A stretch of DNA of 38,165 nucleotides from the NCBI RefSeq assembly GCF_006345805.1, contig NW_021835827.1, positions 1-38,165 on the forward strand, written 5' to 3'. A model generated the notes under the pieces. The model was not told the DNA's origin, did not search any database, and saw nothing but the letters and a program-made list of their open reading frames with translations. Shown here one piece after another: positions 34,950 through 38,165 of the stretch; the stretch's first letter is position 1, and the number at the start of each line of letters is the position of its first letter. This DNA comes from Octopus sinensis. Its lineage: Eukaryota. The position numbers and the translations under genes were made by a program.

Positions 34950-35161
34950 TTAGCATTTCAATCGGCCATACTCAGTCCAAATATTCTGCCTGTTTTTGTT
35001 CAAACTGGCAAGATCTGGCCTCTCACACTCACCTGCAATGTCGTTCTCAAAGTAAACAATCACATCATCAATATTTCAGAGCGACGGGATAATCTATGAT
35101 TAATACAAAACAAAGTCTATAATGAATAAACATTTGACAGAGAAATCAGAATGCGAAAGGG
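34950..35161. mobile_element. Eroded MITE, possibly piggyBac-like
   Basis: Ends TTTAGCATTTC / GAATGCGAAAGGG are compatible with a CCCTTTAGCATT TIR. The left end and TTAA target sites are lost. Family recalled, not searched. Confidence 0.4.
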
Positions 35162-35609
35162 ACGTGTGTGTGTCTGTGTGTCTGTGTATCTGTTTATATG
35201 TATATACACAAAGAGATATAGGGTGGGGTGAGACAGTTGCCCCTGATTCGACGCAATGGGACTGCGTAGTTTCAAAGCGAACTTCTTAGTCACAGAGGAG
35301 CGTCTGAGAGGTCGCTTAAACCGCCAGAAATAGTAGTGAAATATACCTGAAAATTTGGTCCAGGAAGTACTGATCCTGAGAATAGGGCAGAATGGAATGG
35401 AATATAATATTCGAGAGTGAAATACCTTTAATCATGTGTCTGCTCGATCAGGGCTGACCTGGAATTGAACAACGACAACAACAACAATAGCAACGATGAC
35501 GATGATGACGACGGCGACGATAATGACGATGACTATTTTTGAAGTTTTGAGTCTGATTGAGATGGCAGAGTTCAAACGTGCAAGAACAGAATCCATTCGA
35601 CTATTTCGC

Positions 35610-35830
35610 GCGCAGACTAGTGGTTAAGAAGTAGTGCGCACATTCGTAAGATCGCGGTTTCCATTCCCAGACGAGGAAGTGAATCGTGTTCTTAAGCAAG
35701 ACACTTTATTCCACGTTGCTCGGCTGTAAATGTGTCTCAGTAATAGCTTGAGAAATCAACTCCGCGACGGACCTGTATTCCGTTCAGCGGGGATGGGCAG
35801 CGTTGCGATCTCAGTCACTTATACGCCATA
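35610..35830 (+). mobile_element. SINE family C, diverged
   Basis: TAGTGGTTAAG head, GTGTTCTTAAGCAAGACACTTTATT core, GATCTCAGTCACTT tail. Confidence 0.65.
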
Positions 35831-36496
35831 CAAATTGAGTTTAGCTCCGACCTTTTCAGTCCAAAGTCTCAGAGCAAAACTAAGTAAACCAATTTTTTAC
35901 TTTACGATTTCGAACAACGCCGAAGCTGTCTTTTGCCTTCTTTTCAGGACTTAGTGGGGCGATCAGCTTCTCACATATAAACCGCATCATTTCAGTCAAC
36001 TACACTACGTGCCTTTTCGATACCTATCTAGCCCCTTGCTTGTTTAAAGGGTTTTCATAAGTTTGTCCTGAGCATCCTACTCGCTGTTTTCAGATTTTCA
36101 GTAAGCCCTCGTTCTACCTGCACTGAGTAACATAGAGCTTTCATTTCCTAACTCCCAAGTTACTCTGGTGGTTAAAATAAAATTTTTAAAAACTGCGAAT
36201 GTGTATCGTATATGATGCGAGGACGCCAGGGAAATATGTCGTCCGTTACACGGGACTGGCAAACGGTTAATATCGTTCGTTAATCGTGGTGTCTCGTCAG
36301 TTTGTTTGAAACTTCGCGCCAATGTGACTCCTCTGAGAAATATATCAGTTTACTGCTGCTGGAATAAAGACAACACAAACAGAAAAGAAACGAAATTACC
36401 AACAAAAAAAAATAGAGAGAGAGAGAGAGAGAATAATGCAATGCAAGTAAAACGCTTTCCTTTCACACGTACAGACATGCACAGACAGAAATGCTA

Positions 36497-36638
36497 TGGT
36501 TGTATGTCAGCGTGTGCGTACGTGCACGCGTTTGTCTGTGTGTATGCATGCGCGCGCGCGTGTGTGTGTGTGTGGTTGTATGTCAGCGTGTGCGTGCGTG
36601 CATGCGTTTGTCTGTGTGTGTATGCATGTGTGTGTGTG
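36497..36638 (+). repeat. Two-unit tandem duplication, period 76 bp
   Basis: TGGTTGTATGTCAGCGTGTGCGT..GTGCA.GCGTTTGTCTGTGTG starts at 36497 and 36573. Confidence 0.9.
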
Positions 36639-36719
36639 TTTAAGTCATAATAGTTATCTTATTTATTTGTGTATTTTTGTGTATTTGTAAATATAAATAC
36701 ACGCAGAAATTAACACACT

Positions 36720-36734
36720 AATCCCCTCCACACA

Positions 36735-36773
<39 letters not shown>

Positions 36774-36881
36774 CCCATATGGGGGATGGACGTTTGGTTG
36801 GATGTGTGTGTGTGCGTGTGTACGTGTGCGTATCTAAATATATATGTATACATGTGTGTATGTATACGTGTATACGTATAG

Positions 36882-36926
<45 letters not shown>

Positions 36927-37121
36927 GTGTACATATGTCTGTGTGTACATGTATACAACTATATACATATATATATATGTGTGTGTATGTACGTATGTAT
37001 GTGTGCATACATACCTAGAAAAAGATACAAGCATATGTATATGTATGTGTGTGTGTTTGTGTGTGTGAGTGCATGTATGTGTGTACAAAATATATAGGGA
37101 GAGATATGCAGATAGTCATAA

Positions 37122-37160
<39 letters not shown>

Positions 37161-37208
37161 CACACTTATACATAGGTTCTGTTAACACGCTTATACACAC
37201 ACACGCAT

Positions 37209-37249
<41 letters not shown>

Positions 37250-37468
37250 CACACAAACACACGAAGAGAGAGGTGGGAGTCTATATACACACACGCAAAC
37301 ATACATGCACACAAAGATATGCATCAACCGTGTCGACTCTCCACTCTGGGAGGCCTGCAAAGGTCACGGCGCCTCGTTCCTCCCTCCTCCTCAATAAAAA
37401 TGAAGTATATATATACACGCACACACAACATACAAACACACACACACCGCACATACATATATAATAAA

Positions 37469-37535
<67 letters not shown>

Positions 37536-37785
37536 TATTATATATATCTATATATATATATAATATATATTATATATATGTATATATATATATATTAATA
37601 TTATGTATAATAGAATATATATATATATATATAATATATATAAAAATATTATACTATATATAATATAATTATTATTATATACATATTATATATACAAAAT
37701 ACATACTATATTATACAATATATAGATATATATAACATATATTATATATATATATATAGATATATACATATACATACATATATAT

Positions 37786-37827
<42 letters not shown>

Positions 37828-37870
37828 GGGGTGTGTGTGTGTGTGTGTGTGTGAATATATATATATATAT
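36720..37870. repeat. Extended (CA)/(TG)/(TA) low-complexity region
   Basis: Direct reading, interrupted by short complex islands. Confidence 0.92.
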
Positions 37871-38165
37871 TGTCTCGTTATACCATTTTTTCTTTTCCCC
37901 TTATAAGGTAATTCTTATGTCATTCTACACGTAACATCACCACCGCAGGCACCACACTTACCTCCAGCACCTACAACAACAGCAGCAACAACCACATCAC
38001 CACCACCGGCACCACCACCACCGCCTCTACGGCTACCCAGTATGTAACAGACAACGAACACCTGGCTTTTCCATCTTCATTCTACCGGCTAATGACGAAA
38101 GCACATATTGCATTCGCTTCTGCTTATTCTATGGCATAAACATGCAGGCAATTACTTGAAGACGC

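Overview
This window is AT-rich, microsatellite-dense eukaryotic DNA. The repeat families resemble those of a coleoid cephalopod, probably Octopus (my inference from repeat recognition, not a search). I found no host protein-coding exon, and nearly all ORFs in the supplied track are microsatellite read-throughs. The window is a transposon mosaic: about 20 tRNA-headed SINE copies or fragments, a Tc1 remnant, a mariner 3' end, a hAT MITE with an 8-bp TSD, a probable Helitron, CR1-, R4/Dong- and HERO-type LINE fragments, and two Penelope-like (PLE) remnants, both internally inverted. The strongest signal is a set of minimal type I hammerhead ribozyme (HHR) motifs. They occur in three short non-coding elements ending in (TA)n (two share an A6U core variant), in an element joined through a (TAA)n tract to a tRNA-like Pol III head, and in decayed form at the 3' ends of both PLE remnants. 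One PLE appears to carry about 135 codons of low-complexity sequence between the two halves of its GIY-YIG motif. Three young inverted-repeat structures could form long dsRNA. All alignments and folds were done by eye.
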